64,000 bases of DNA, taken from NCBI GenBank assembly GCA_048882325.1, contig JBHLRS010000003.1, forward strand, positions 82,279 through 146,278, given 5' to 3'. The translations under genes were made by a program, and so were the position numbers. The notes below the pieces were generated by a model. That model was not told where the DNA came from. It made no database searches and saw nothing but the letters and a program-made list of their open reading frames with translations. Of the stretch, positions 28,131 through 37,519 are shown one piece after another. Within the stretch, counting starts at the first letter, position 1. Each line of letters begins with the position of its first letter. Origin of the DNA: Candidatus Thorarchaeota archaeon (GTDB taxonomy: Archaea; Asgardarchaeota; Thorarchaeia; Thorarchaeales; Thorarchaeaceae).

Positions 28131-29078
28131 CTACGGTGACCAGTAATAGAACTGCTTGTAGTATTCATCCTCGAAGCCATATTTTCTGTAAAGTTTTTGC
28201 GCTGGGTGATTAGTAATGGTTGTATCAAGACATACACTGGTTGAACCACTATCTTTCAAAATCTCTAAAACCTTGACGAGCAAAAAACTAGCGAGTCCTT
28301 GACCCCTTGCCTTAGGCACAAGTCCAACTGGTCCAATATCAGGTTCACCATCATCCCCAATTCGAGTGATGATAAAGCCAATCACTTCTCCATCTCTCTC
28401 AAGAATCAGCGATGCATCGTCAATGTAGGGATTTGCCTTGTTAAAGAAATACTCTATGGTTACTTTCTGCTCAGGAGGGCTCTGTGACAAAAAGAGGCCC
28501 TCCTTGCTGTCTTTCAGAGTCTGAAAGGCTGGCCCCTCCAGTCTGTCATAAGGCACCTCTGAGAATTCTCTCAAAATGCATTCCTGAGGCTGTTTGATTT
28601 CTGGTAGTTCAATTGTGCTAAGATCAGAATTCATGTGTATCTCTTCTGCTGCAAACTGGAAACCACACTCTCTGTACAAATCAACAATACCCCTCGAGTG
28701 CTGTCTGTGAGAGTCTGATGGCAACTCAAGCTCAATCTCCAATCTGCTATGATCTCTCTCTACAGTATCAACCTTAGCAGCTTCAATCAAGGCATGAGCA
28801 AACTTTTTGGATCTCAAATCCACCACGGGATAGAACCCGCTGATGAAGGTCATAAGAGGAAATGCAACATAGTAATAGAGCCAACCTACAATACTGCCAT
28901 TCTCATAGACTGTCAGTATTCTATACTCATCACTGGTTGATAGGCTTTCGATGCCTTTTGCTATCTCATCCACACCTCGACTAGACTCAAGAGGTGTGCC
29001 CTTTCTTGTTGAAATGGTAAGACGTGCAAGGTCCTTACACTCCTCAAAACTGAGTTCATCAATCTTTACACGAACCAT
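28131..29078 (-). CDS. Tandem GNAT acetyltransferase
   Basis: VGLVPKARGQGLA, NHPAQKLYRKYGF; degenerate N-terminal GNAT (LYRECGF). Confidence 0.85.
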   Translation of the reverse strand: MVRVKIDELSFEECKDLARLTISTRKGTPLESSRGVDEIAKGIESLSTSDEYRILTVYENGSIVGWLYYYVAFPLMTFISGFYPVVDLRSKKFAHALIEAAKVDTVERDHSRLEIELELPSDSHRQHSRGIVDLYRECGFQFAAEEIHMNSDLSTIELPEIKQPQECILREFSEVPYDRLEGPAFQTLKDSKEGLFLSQSPPEQKVTIEYFFNKANPYIDDASLILERDGEVIGFIITRIGDDGEPDIGPVGLVPKARGQGLASFLLVKVLEILKDSGSTSVCLDTTITNHPAQKLYRKYGFEDEYYKQFYYWSP

Positions 29079-29281
29079 CGGATATCACCATATACTCTGA
29101 GTGCCAGTTTCGCTAGCTTTCTCAGTCACTGGAGAAAGGCTTGATAGATGATAAATATTCATACACACATCTCTCATCCGGTACACTTGGTTCCCAAGTG
29201 TTGATATAAGTTGATTATGAACTAGGTAAATCCTCGAAGGATATTTGTACACCTTAACGATTCGGATGTTTTCGGATTACG

Positions 29282-29764
29282 ATGACCGATGACAACCTTG
29301 TTTTTCGCAATGCGACTATAGATGATCTTAGCGAGCTAGTGAAACTTTGGTTGGAGTCTGCGCAGTTTCACCAGAGTCTCGAACCTAGGTTTCAATACAC
29401 CTCAGATGCAACTGAAGCCACCGAATCATACATGTCCAAACAAATTAACTCAGAGAAAGCATGTTACCGGGTCGCACAGATAGATGATAGCATTGTTGGA
29501 TACATCGAGGTCTTGGTGACAGAGAGACCACCCATTCATGTTCATAAAAGAATTGGTTACATTGGGTCACTCTACGTGACACCCGATTCTCGAAGAAAAG
29601 GTATTGGTACGAAGTTGTGGCTGTTGGCTTATGACTGGTTGATGAAGAAGGGAGTTCAAGTAATCAATCTCATGGTTGCCTCGAAGAATCCTGCAGCACT
29701 AGAATTCTGGAAAAATCTAAATTTCAGCGAGATAATGGTTCGCCTTGAGATGAATAGTAATTAA
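29282..29764 (+). CDS. GNAT acetyltransferase
   Basis: LYVTPDSRRKGIG, NPAALEFWKNLNF. Confidence 0.9.
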   Translation: MTDDNLVFRNATIDDLSELVKLWLESAQFHQSLEPRFQYTSDATEATESYMSKQINSEKACYRVAQIDDSIVGYIEVLVTERPPIHVHKRIGYIGSLYVTPDSRRKGIGTKLWLLAYDWLMKKGVQVINLMVASKNPAALEFWKNLNFSEIMVRLEMNSN

Positions 29765-30864
29765 ACAGAGCCAGCCTGTTTCTCCTTTTCTTTGTCCAGA
29801 TCCTTGACACGCTTCTCAATACCACCTTCAGCTTTTTCAATTCGCTTCTGAATGTCCTTTATTCGTTTTTCTCGTGATGAGACCTCGTTCTTCATTCGCT
29901 TCTCGGACTGTTGATACACCTTAGTGGCGTCATTCCACTCTTGTTTTGCTAGCCGTAATTGTTCCTCCAAGCTCTCAAAATGAATCCTCTTGACCTCTGC
30001 TACATTCCAGTAGTCCTGAACTTCTGACTCAAGTCGTGAACGAACAGTGTCCAAATCAGAATTGAACTGTGCTAGCTCCGTGTGCAGATTCTTCAGGTCA
30101 TTGACGATACCGATTATTTGTGGGTCTTGTCTGTAATCAGGGTCTGGCAATCCAGATAGAATTGAAGATATCTCAGGAATCGATGAAGCTGTGGGCTTTG
30201 GTGCTGGTCTTAGCGGAGGTGGTGTAAGGGTCGGAGCTTTTGCGGCAACTTTGGTCATAGGCGGTTGCGCAGTTGGTTTTGGTTCTGGAGCTGGTGTCTT
30301 CGCCGCTGGTGGTCCCACAGGAGCTGTTGGCTGTGGTTGTGCTGGACTAGGACTTGGTGGTCCTGTTGCTCCGGGTGGAGCAGACCCAGGTGGTGTAGCA
30401 GGAGCTGCTGTAGGTGGAGCTGACGCAGCAGGCGGTGGAGTGGCCGGCATCGCTGGAGTTGCATCACGTTGAGTTTCCAGCTCTCCCATAAGCTCTTGCA
30501 CCTCACTCGCTCTGAGCATTCTTGTTTCAATGATGCCTTCTCCTTCCTCCTCAATACCGACCTTGTCCGCTTTAGCAAAAGCTTCCATCGCTTTCTCCAT
30601 CTCAGACTTTGGTTTAGTAGTTCCCTCGGCAGCTCTCACGCGGTCTCGGGAGACCTGACTTGGTTTGACCCACTCATCATTGGTGGTCACTCTTGCTTCG
30701 CTTGTTGAAGATACAGGCGGTGGAGCTGCTTGAGGAGTAGGAGTTTCAGCTGGAGAGGAGATAGTCTGCGGCCTTGACTCTACAGACAATAGGTTTCCTC
30801 CACAGCGTATACAGTACTTTCTAGTGGGCTGATTTGCCCTACCACATTTGGGACAGGTTCTCAT
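29761..30864 (-). CDS. Zinc-ribbon + Pro/Ala-rich linker + coiled-coil protein
   Basis: CPKCG..N....KYCIRCG, long Pro-rich tract, C-terminal heptad-rich region. Confidence 0.8.
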   Translation of the reverse strand: MRTCPKCGRANQPTRKYCIRCGGNLLSVESRPQTISSPAETPTPQAAPPPVSSTSEARVTTNDEWVKPSQVSRDRVRAAEGTTKPKSEMEKAMEAFAKADKVGIEEEGEGIIETRMLRASEVQELMGELETQRDATPAMPATPPPAASAPPTAAPATPPGSAPPGATGPPSPSPAQPQPTAPVGPPAAKTPAPEPKPTAQPPMTKVAAKAPTLTPPPLRPAPKPTASSIPEISSILSGLPDPDYRQDPQIIGIVNDLKNLHTELAQFNSDLDTVRSRLESEVQDYWNVAEVKRIHFESLEEQLRLAKQEWNDATKVYQQSEKRMKNEVSSREKRIKDIQKRIEKAEGGIEKRVKDLDKEKEKQAGSV

Positions 30865-31008
30865 AATGGTCCAGCTCCATCAAGCGAATCAACTAACATT
30901 AGATACATCTATACTGTAAAGGTTTTCTGAGATACAAGTGCGCCACTCTCTATAACCAAGGTAAGCTAATATTCGATATTCGTTGACGTAATTCACCGGT
31001 GATATGAC

Positions 31009-32595
31009 TTGATGAGTCATGCAATCGAAGCACTCCTTATAACTGACAAAGGTGGAAGTCCGAGATTCTACATGCAACTGGATCCCAAAGCTCTCAATAT
31101 GGATCCGGTGATGGCTTCCAGTTTCTTTGCTGCCATTGACATGTTCTCTAAGGAGGTATTCGATGAGAAAGCTCCGGTTGTCCAGGTTGACTATGGTGCA
31201 CGACTATTCACTTTGATTAATGGTGTAAACACAAACATGATAGCTGTTAGTGTTCAACGGCTTGGACAAGAGTCGATAGACATTCTTGATTCTCTTCTTG
31301 CTGAGTTTGAACTTGACTGGCTTGAAATTGTAGATCCTTTCCAGTTCAGTTTTGAAACATCTTTTGTTGATGTGTATTTGGAGGCATTCGGTGAGCGTGT
31401 TATGGAGAAGCTCTCACTCCGATTACTCGGTGAAACATGGGTTCCTTACTTCACAACAAAACCAGACGCGCTTGAATCTGTCTTCAGTATCCTCATGGAT
31501 TACATTAATGGTTCTAGGAATGTGAAGGAGATAATCGAGGTCAGTGGTCTCTCACGTCGTGAGGTTGTCCTTGATCTCTCAAAGCTATGGGCACATCGAG
31601 TAATTCGATTTCGAAACATGTTCAATTTCAATGACTTCATGACCACTGGAACTCAGTTTGTGAGATATGCACAAGCAACATCCGCTGAAACACAGGATTT
31701 GCAGTCGCTTCATCCTGATATGGCTGGGGTGATCCCACATCTTGCAGGTATGATAGATGGACGTCGAACTGTCCGAGAAATCCTCGCAGTGCTTGGCACC
31801 CGCTATGATGAGAGCGAACTGCTTCGAGCATTAGACTATCTAATTGAAGTTGGAGTGATTGAAGCCCTAACTCCTGAAAAAAGGCGAATTCTCCTTGTAA
31901 AGGAGGCTCTTGAGCTCGCAATCAGAGTGGCTGAAGGGACTTACAACGTTGCAGAGGCAACCAATGCATTGCAGTTTGTTATGAAGACTAGTAAGACCCC
32001 TGAGGCCCTAAGTCAGATTCAACTCAAAGATGGTAAGTGGAAGGTTGACTTTGATTTCAAGATACTCGAAGGTCTGAACCATAAACGGCTCATGTTACTA
32101 TTTGGGGAATGGATGAAGATTCTTGCCCAGTTCGTCAATGCATTGAATCCCGTCAAACTGAACCTGTACATCGGAAATCTGACCACTGTGATTTCGCAAA
32201 GAATAATCTGTCGATACTCAGCATTCGACCTAAGAGGGTTCGAGGAATTTGCTTATTGGCTGGAGATACTAAGTACCCCTACGAAACCTCACGTTGGACC
32301 GATTGAAACCAGTCACCTACGGATTGCATGGTCAAACGCTTTGGAGGAATTGGGGTATCTTTTAGTAACCCGCGGCCACATCATTTACAAGTCTGAGAGT
32401 ATTACACAGATTCGGTCAACGTCTGGAACCCCACTCATAGACCTTCTTCCAACAGAGTGGGTTGGACGAGACCGAATAGAGACCTTTGAGCGAATAATGG
32501 TGGAATATGCAAATCTAGGTCCAGCAGCAAAGCTGACATTACTTGTCCTTGCGACTCAACGTGGTATCTTGATACCCAAAGAAATCATCATTTAG
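31009..32595 (+). CDS. Longin-like domain + tandem wHTH protein (NPRL2-like)
   Basis: N-terminal IEALLITDKGGSPRFY...FFAAIDMFSKEV longin pattern; two I(N/D)G.R.V.EI wHTH units. Confidence 0.7.
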   Translation: MMSHAIEALLITDKGGSPRFYMQLDPKALNMDPVMASSFFAAIDMFSKEVFDEKAPVVQVDYGARLFTLINGVNTNMIAVSVQRLGQESIDILDSLLAEFELDWLEIVDPFQFSFETSFVDVYLEAFGERVMEKLSLRLLGETWVPYFTTKPDALESVFSILMDYINGSRNVKEIIEVSGLSRREVVLDLSKLWAHRVIRFRNMFNFNDFMTTGTQFVRYAQATSAETQDLQSLHPDMAGVIPHLAGMIDGRRTVREILAVLGTRYDESELLRALDYLIEVGVIEALTPEKRRILLVKEALELAIRVAEGTYNVAEATNALQFVMKTSKTPEALSQIQLKDGKWKVDFDFKILEGLNHKRLMLLFGEWMKILAQFVNALNPVKLNLYIGNLTTVISQRIICRYSAFDLRGFEEFAYWLEILSTPTKPHVGPIETSHLRIAWSNALEELGYLLVTRGHIIYKSESITQIRSTSGTPLIDLLPTEWVGRDRIETFERIMVEYANLGPAAKLTLLVLATQRGILIPKEIII

Positions 32596-32659
32596 TTGTG
32601 CATTTCGTCTGAAGAACTGTTATCTAAGAAAATTGAAGAAACCTATGTGGTGACCGTGA

Positions 32660-33175
32660 ATGAGCCCTTCCTATCTATTGAAAATTGTCACAGTTGGAGC
32701 TGCCTCAGTTGGGAAAACTAGTATTATCATAAGATACTCAACAGGCACGTTCCGTGAACATTACTCTCCAACACTTGGTGTGGGTTTTGCATACAAGAAG
32801 ATGGAGGTCGATGAGGACTCCGTGAACCTACAGATTTGGGACCTAGGCTCGCAGGACTTCCTTGAGCGGACGCGTGCCAATTACTACCTGGGAGCTCAAG
32901 GTGTTGTCTTCATGTTTGATGTCACATCTTGGGAGTCACTAAATGAAGTCATTGATTGGAAGAAAGAAGTCGACAGAAATCTTGATGATTACAAAGCACT
33001 TCTGGTAGGAAATAAGACCGACCTTGCAATGGAGAGGGTAGTTTCCACTGAAGAGGGTCAGAAGATTGCGAAGCAAATGGGGGTAGACTACATAGAAACG
33101 TCAGTTCGTCTTGACATGAATGTGAATACTGCCTTTGAGATGATAGCAAGAAGTATCATTTCATCGTTCCACTAA
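32660..33175 (+). CDS. Rab-like small GTPase
   Basis: G1 GAASVGKT, G2 SPTLGVGF, G3 WDLGSQ, YYLGAQG, G4 GNKTD, G5 ETSV; no C-terminal Cys motif. Confidence 0.93.
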   Translation: MSPSYLLKIVTVGAASVGKTSIIIRYSTGTFREHYSPTLGVGFAYKKMEVDEDSVNLQIWDLGSQDFLERTRANYYLGAQGVVFMFDVTSWESLNEVIDWKKEVDRNLDDYKALLVGNKTDLAMERVVSTEEGQKIAKQMGVDYIETSVRLDMNVNTAFEMIARSIISSFH

Positions 33176-33326
33176 AACCTGTACCCGTTCAACTGAGCTC
33201 TGTCAATTTCTTATGAAGCTTTGAATTATATTCTATAGAAGGTCCTATTGCGTTACCCATCTCTTCAAGGTCTGGTAGAATCCACCAGATTGTTTGATCT
33301 GAAAGTACTATATCGATGCAACTTTT

Positions 33327-34796
33327 CTACTTTGAAGCCTTCTCCCTTGCAATCTCCAACGGCGGCATGACTTCCTTTGGAATTGGGCAAACGTATTTTT
33401 TACCAGTCATTCTCTCTGCATGCTCATCCTTGATTTTCTTCAGTAAATCGGGCTTAGTGAAGAGGTCGACTGCCGTACCCGCTATAACCTTGGATGCGAA
33501 GATGAGCGACTTATGTCCGATACTCATTCCGCAACAAGCAACCCATTGCCAGTCATGTCCAGCACCTTCAAGAACTGCAGTAGCTGTTTGGAACTCCATG
33601 GTTGGGGCAATCCAACTGACATCTGCAGTGTCCGTTGATCCTGGCCACACTATTCCCTCATCCCATGGGTCATGTATCTTGCTGTCAATGTGAACATCGT
33701 CTTCCACCAATTTCTCCCATCCAGGACGTTTTGAAGCCCTTAGAAGCTCTATCTTCTTCTCCTTTGTCACCGATTTTGCAATTTCCTCTGCGAATTTCAT
33801 CTCCTCATCCGTGTAAGTAGGTGCACCTATCTCTCTCATATTGGTAATGACAAGCTCACTAAGACACTTACTAGGGAGCTCATTAGAGAGGCCCTCTAGA
33901 AATTCTACCTTCAGTTCAGTCTGGGTCATTAACGCTGCCCCCTCAGCAATCTTCAGTACCCAGTCATAGATGTGGTTGACCTGTTCTCGTTCTGGAGCTC
34001 GAATATAATACCATGTGCGGGCATAATCAGGGACAACGTTAGGCTGCCTACCTCCCTCTTCAATCACGTAATGAACACGTGCCTCCTGTATCACATGCTC
34101 TCGCATGAAGTTTACACCTACATTCATGAGTTCAACCGCATCGAGTGCGCTTCTCCCAATATAAGGTGTAGCGGCTGAATGGGCTGTCTTGCCATAGAAA
34201 TGAAACTTCGCTGAGTTCATGGCTAGCGAACTCCCTAGTCCCGCAACATTGAAGCGGCCCGGATGGTGACTTAGTACTGCATCAATACCCTCAAAGCATC
34301 CTGCCCTGACCATGAAGACTTTACCACTATAGGTTTCCTCGGCTGGGGTTCCAAGAAACTTGACCGTTCCTTTCATACCGTGTTTTTCCATTACCGTCTT
34401 CGTGGCTATCGCTCCAGTCACACCCGTCATTCCATGGATATTGTGTCCACATCCATGTCCAGGTGCCCCCTCCTCTACGGGTTCTCGATATGGTACTGGT
34501 TTCTGCGAGAGCCCCGGAAGGGCGTCATATTCTCCCATAAAACCGATTGTTGGGTCTCCTTTTCCATAGGTTGCTACAAATGCGGTTGGCATGTCTGCAA
34601 CACCCATCTCAACCGAAAAGTCATGTTCCTCCAGAATCTTAGCAAGAAACTTCGAGGACTTGTCTTCCACAAGACCAAGCTCTGCAAATTCCCAAACTTT
34701 GTTGCTCGCTTCGATTATCATCTGTTCATTGTCTGTTATCCAATCCCATGCATCTTGCTTCATTTGGTTGACCCAATCCACAACCAACTCACTCAC
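33327..34796 (-). CDS. M20 amidohydrolase (AbgB-like)
   Basis: EYDALPG, GHGCGHN, GTPAEE, GRSALDA, GSTD.ADVSW. Confidence 0.9.
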   Translation of the reverse strand: MSELVVDWVNQMKQDAWDWITDNEQMIIEASNKVWEFAELGLVEDKSSKFLAKILEEHDFSVEMGVADMPTAFVATYGKGDPTIGFMGEYDALPGLSQKPVPYREPVEEGAPGHGCGHNIHGMTGVTGAIATKTVMEKHGMKGTVKFLGTPAEETYSGKVFMVRAGCFEGIDAVLSHHPGRFNVAGLGSSLAMNSAKFHFYGKTAHSAATPYIGRSALDAVELMNVGVNFMREHVIQEARVHYVIEEGGRQPNVVPDYARTWYYIRAPEREQVNHIYDWVLKIAEGAALMTQTELKVEFLEGLSNELPSKCLSELVITNMREIGAPTYTDEEMKFAEEIAKSVTKEKKIELLRASKRPGWEKLVEDDVHIDSKIHDPWDEGIVWPGSTDTADVSWIAPTMEFQTATAVLEGAGHDWQWVACCGMSIGHKSLIFASKVIAGTAVDLFTKPDLLKKIKDEHAERMTGKKYVCPIPKEVMPPLEIAREKASK

Positions 34797-34869
34797 TCTT
34801 AAATCTGGCCTGATGTGAGTAGTTTCATAATTCTTGCTACAAACTTGCTATTGATATTGACTTTCACAG

Positions 34870-35936
34870 ATGATTTGCAGAGTGACTGAGATGCAAGAAA
34901 AAGAGGAGAACGTGGTTTACAAATTTATAGAACCAGTCTTGGTAGCACAAATCAGAATACATGGTTACTCAAGTGATTTACCAGTAGCATTTTCTAAACT
35001 ACAAGAACTTGTTAGAAACCTTGTCATTGGCAGTCCTATTGTGGTTCATCATTGGGGAGTCAACGATGAACACGGTCATGATATGGATGTATGTGTTCCG
35101 ATAAAGAAGCAAGTAGAAGAGAGAGGTGTTATGATTACAACTCTTCCTGCAAAAGATGCGATGACAATGATACACAAGGGACCATATTCAGACATTGGAC
35201 CATCGTACTCGAAGATCTCAAGTCACACCTACGAACGAGGACATCCCATAGCGGAATCATCTCGAGAAATATATCATCACTTAGATGTCAACCACCCGGA
35301 AGACACTATCATCGAGATTCAGACGATTCTACATGATTGGACACAGAGGTATTCAGCAAAGCTGGAATCTGTTCTGGGCAAGACAATAAAAGAAGAAGTC
35401 CTTGCCCCTTTGAATGGTCTTGATGTTGACTCATCTGCTGATATTCGACAGAAAGCCCTCTGCAGATCACTTGATTTCTTGGAAAATCTAACAGATGATG
35501 ATCAACAGTATGAAATTCTGTCGCATTGCGCACATGTTTTCCCTGTGGAACTCATTCCTCCGATGAGAGCACTGTTAAAGTCAACTGAAGTGTAGATAAG
35601 GTGATTGAAGCAATGCTGGCAAAAGGAGGATACTATCCAAAGATCATTAATCGAGAAGGCTCAATTATTTTTACAGAAAAGAGTCCTGCTAACCCAACAG
35701 CCTTCAAGGATGCCCAAACAGATGCTCATCGAAAAAAGGCTTACTGTTTTTGTCCACTAATCAGGGACTACCTTGATGAGGTTCCCCAGATTTTCTGTAT
35801 TTGTTCAGCAGGATGGCCGAAACAACTTTGGGAGGGTATTTTTGAAAAGCCACTCAAGATAGAGATAGTACAGTCTCTGACAAAAGGGGATGACACGTGC
35901 GAATTCGCTATTCATATCCCTCCAGAAATCTCATGA
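34870..35936 (+). pseudogene. GyrI-like effector domain + Cys-containing C-terminal domain, split by a probable 1-nt frameshift near 35587
   Basis: HKGPYSDIG..Y and REIYH (GyrI); second ORF has YCFCP, FCICSAGW, GDDTCEF; the two frames join if one base is restored. Confidence 0.65.
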
Positions 35937-37352
35937 AACAGGCAGTAGAATACGATATGCCGTTCCTCTGTCTTCTTTGATGAGTTCTATTGATCCTCCA
36001 TATCCTTCAACGACTTTCTTGCTCAGATACAGACCAAAACCTCCGCCAGTTGTTGAAGTTCCTTTCTCAAATAGGTCTGGTAGTATTTCTTCAGGAATGC
36101 CAGGGCCATCGTCTCTGATGATGGTCTGTACATCTGATCCCTCTTGGGACACTTCTATAGTCACTGAAACATCACCCTCAGAATACTCTGCTGAGTTGCG
36201 CAGAAGATTGTCAAAAACTATGGCAATCAAACGAGCACTTTCGAGTTCAACGTTTGGTAATGCTGATTGAAGAGTGACACTGAGATTGGGGTGTGCTTTC
36301 TCAGCTTGAACTTTCACTTTTTCCAGTATTTTTATGAGGTCTCTTTCCTCCGCCGCTCCAGGTCGACCAAATACATCAAGAAGATGCACCATCCTCTCAG
36401 AAGCCGCCTCTACAGTCTGAATGTATTCCTTGACTGTATTATCCGCATCCATCAACATCAACGCCGCCTCTGCATGATTCATAATGACCTGCAGATCGTT
36501 TCTGATATCATGCTGCAGAAAAGAGGCATAGAGCTCAAGGTCTCTATGAGATTGAGCCGCTTTTCGATCAGCCATTATACGTTGTGTGATATCTTCTTTC
36601 ACAGCGACATAGTGTGTTATAACGCCCTCTGAACTGAAGATTGGCGAGATCCATGCATCCTCCCAGTATAGATCCCCATTCTTCTTTTTATTGACAAAAA
36701 GCCCCCTCCAAGGACGACCCTCCGTCAGAGTTCTCCAGAGGTCTTCATGTGTTTCTACCGGAGTCAATTCTGATTTGAGAATTCTCGGATTTTTCCCTAC
36801 TGCCTCTGCCATGGAGTACCCAGTAAGTGATGAGAACTTTGGATTGACATACTCTATTGTTCCTTCGGAATCTGTGATGACTACAGAAGTTGGACTTTGT
36901 TCAACAGCTCTAGAGAGTTTACGAAGATCCTCCTCCGCTTCTCTCTCTTTTGTTACATCTATCACTACTGCAATGGCGCCAATGATCTTATCAAACTCAT
37001 CCTTTCTCGGTACTGCAGAAACTCGCACAACAATTGTCTTACCGTCCTTTCGTTTCATTAAGAGTTCGTATGCTGAGGAAACACCTGCCAGTCTGTCTGA
37101 TGTTTCCCTACGCAAAGTGTCTAATTCCTTCTCAGAAACAAGATCAAAAACATTCATCCCTCTTAGTTCGTTGAGTTCATATCCTAGTATCTTTGCAAAG
37201 GCATCATTCACAAAAACAAGGTTCTCATCAAGATCTGTGATTCCAACCCCCTCTGGAAGAAGAGCCAAGAGGTCCCTATAACTCCTCTTGGTCATTCTCA
37301 GGATATCTGGGCTAGCATCGGTCTTTCGTGACGACATTTTTGGCTCCACCAA
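35931..37352 (-). CDS. PAS-PAS sensor histidine kinase
   Basis: Two PAS/PAC units, HDIRNDLQ H-box, NLLRNS, DDGPGI, GGFGL. Confidence 0.93.
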   Translation of the reverse strand: MVEPKMSSRKTDASPDILRMTKRSYRDLLALLPEGVGITDLDENLVFVNDAFAKILGYELNELRGMNVFDLVSEKELDTLRRETSDRLAGVSSAYELLMKRKDGKTIVVRVSAVPRKDEFDKIIGAIAVVIDVTKEREAEEDLRKLSRAVEQSPTSVVITDSEGTIEYVNPKFSSLTGYSMAEAVGKNPRILKSELTPVETHEDLWRTLTEGRPWRGLFVNKKKNGDLYWEDAWISPIFSSEGVITHYVAVKEDITQRIMADRKAAQSHRDLELYASFLQHDIRNDLQVIMNHAEAALMLMDADNTVKEYIQTVEAASERMVHLLDVFGRPGAAEERDLIKILEKVKVQAEKAHPNLSVTLQSALPNVELESARLIAIVFDNLLRNSAEYSEGDVSVTIEVSQEGSDVQTIIRDDGPGIPEEILPDLFEKGTSTTGGGFGLYLSKKVVEGYGGSIELIKEDRGTAYRILLPVS

Positions 37353-37519
37353 GGGTCCGCGGAATTTTCGGTTGTACCAGATGTATCGTAAATAGACTTT
37401 CCGATTTGACTGAGGACCAGCAATACACAGGACTAAGCAGAATTTTCTTTCATCCTACCTTGACAGCAAGCTCATATAGTACCAGTTTCAAAGAGGTTAA
37501 CGAACGGAGTGTTCCCCAA

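Noticed and set aside
30191-30578. Gly/Ala-rich and Gln/Leu-rich ORFs
   Set aside because: Shadow frames of the proline-rich gene
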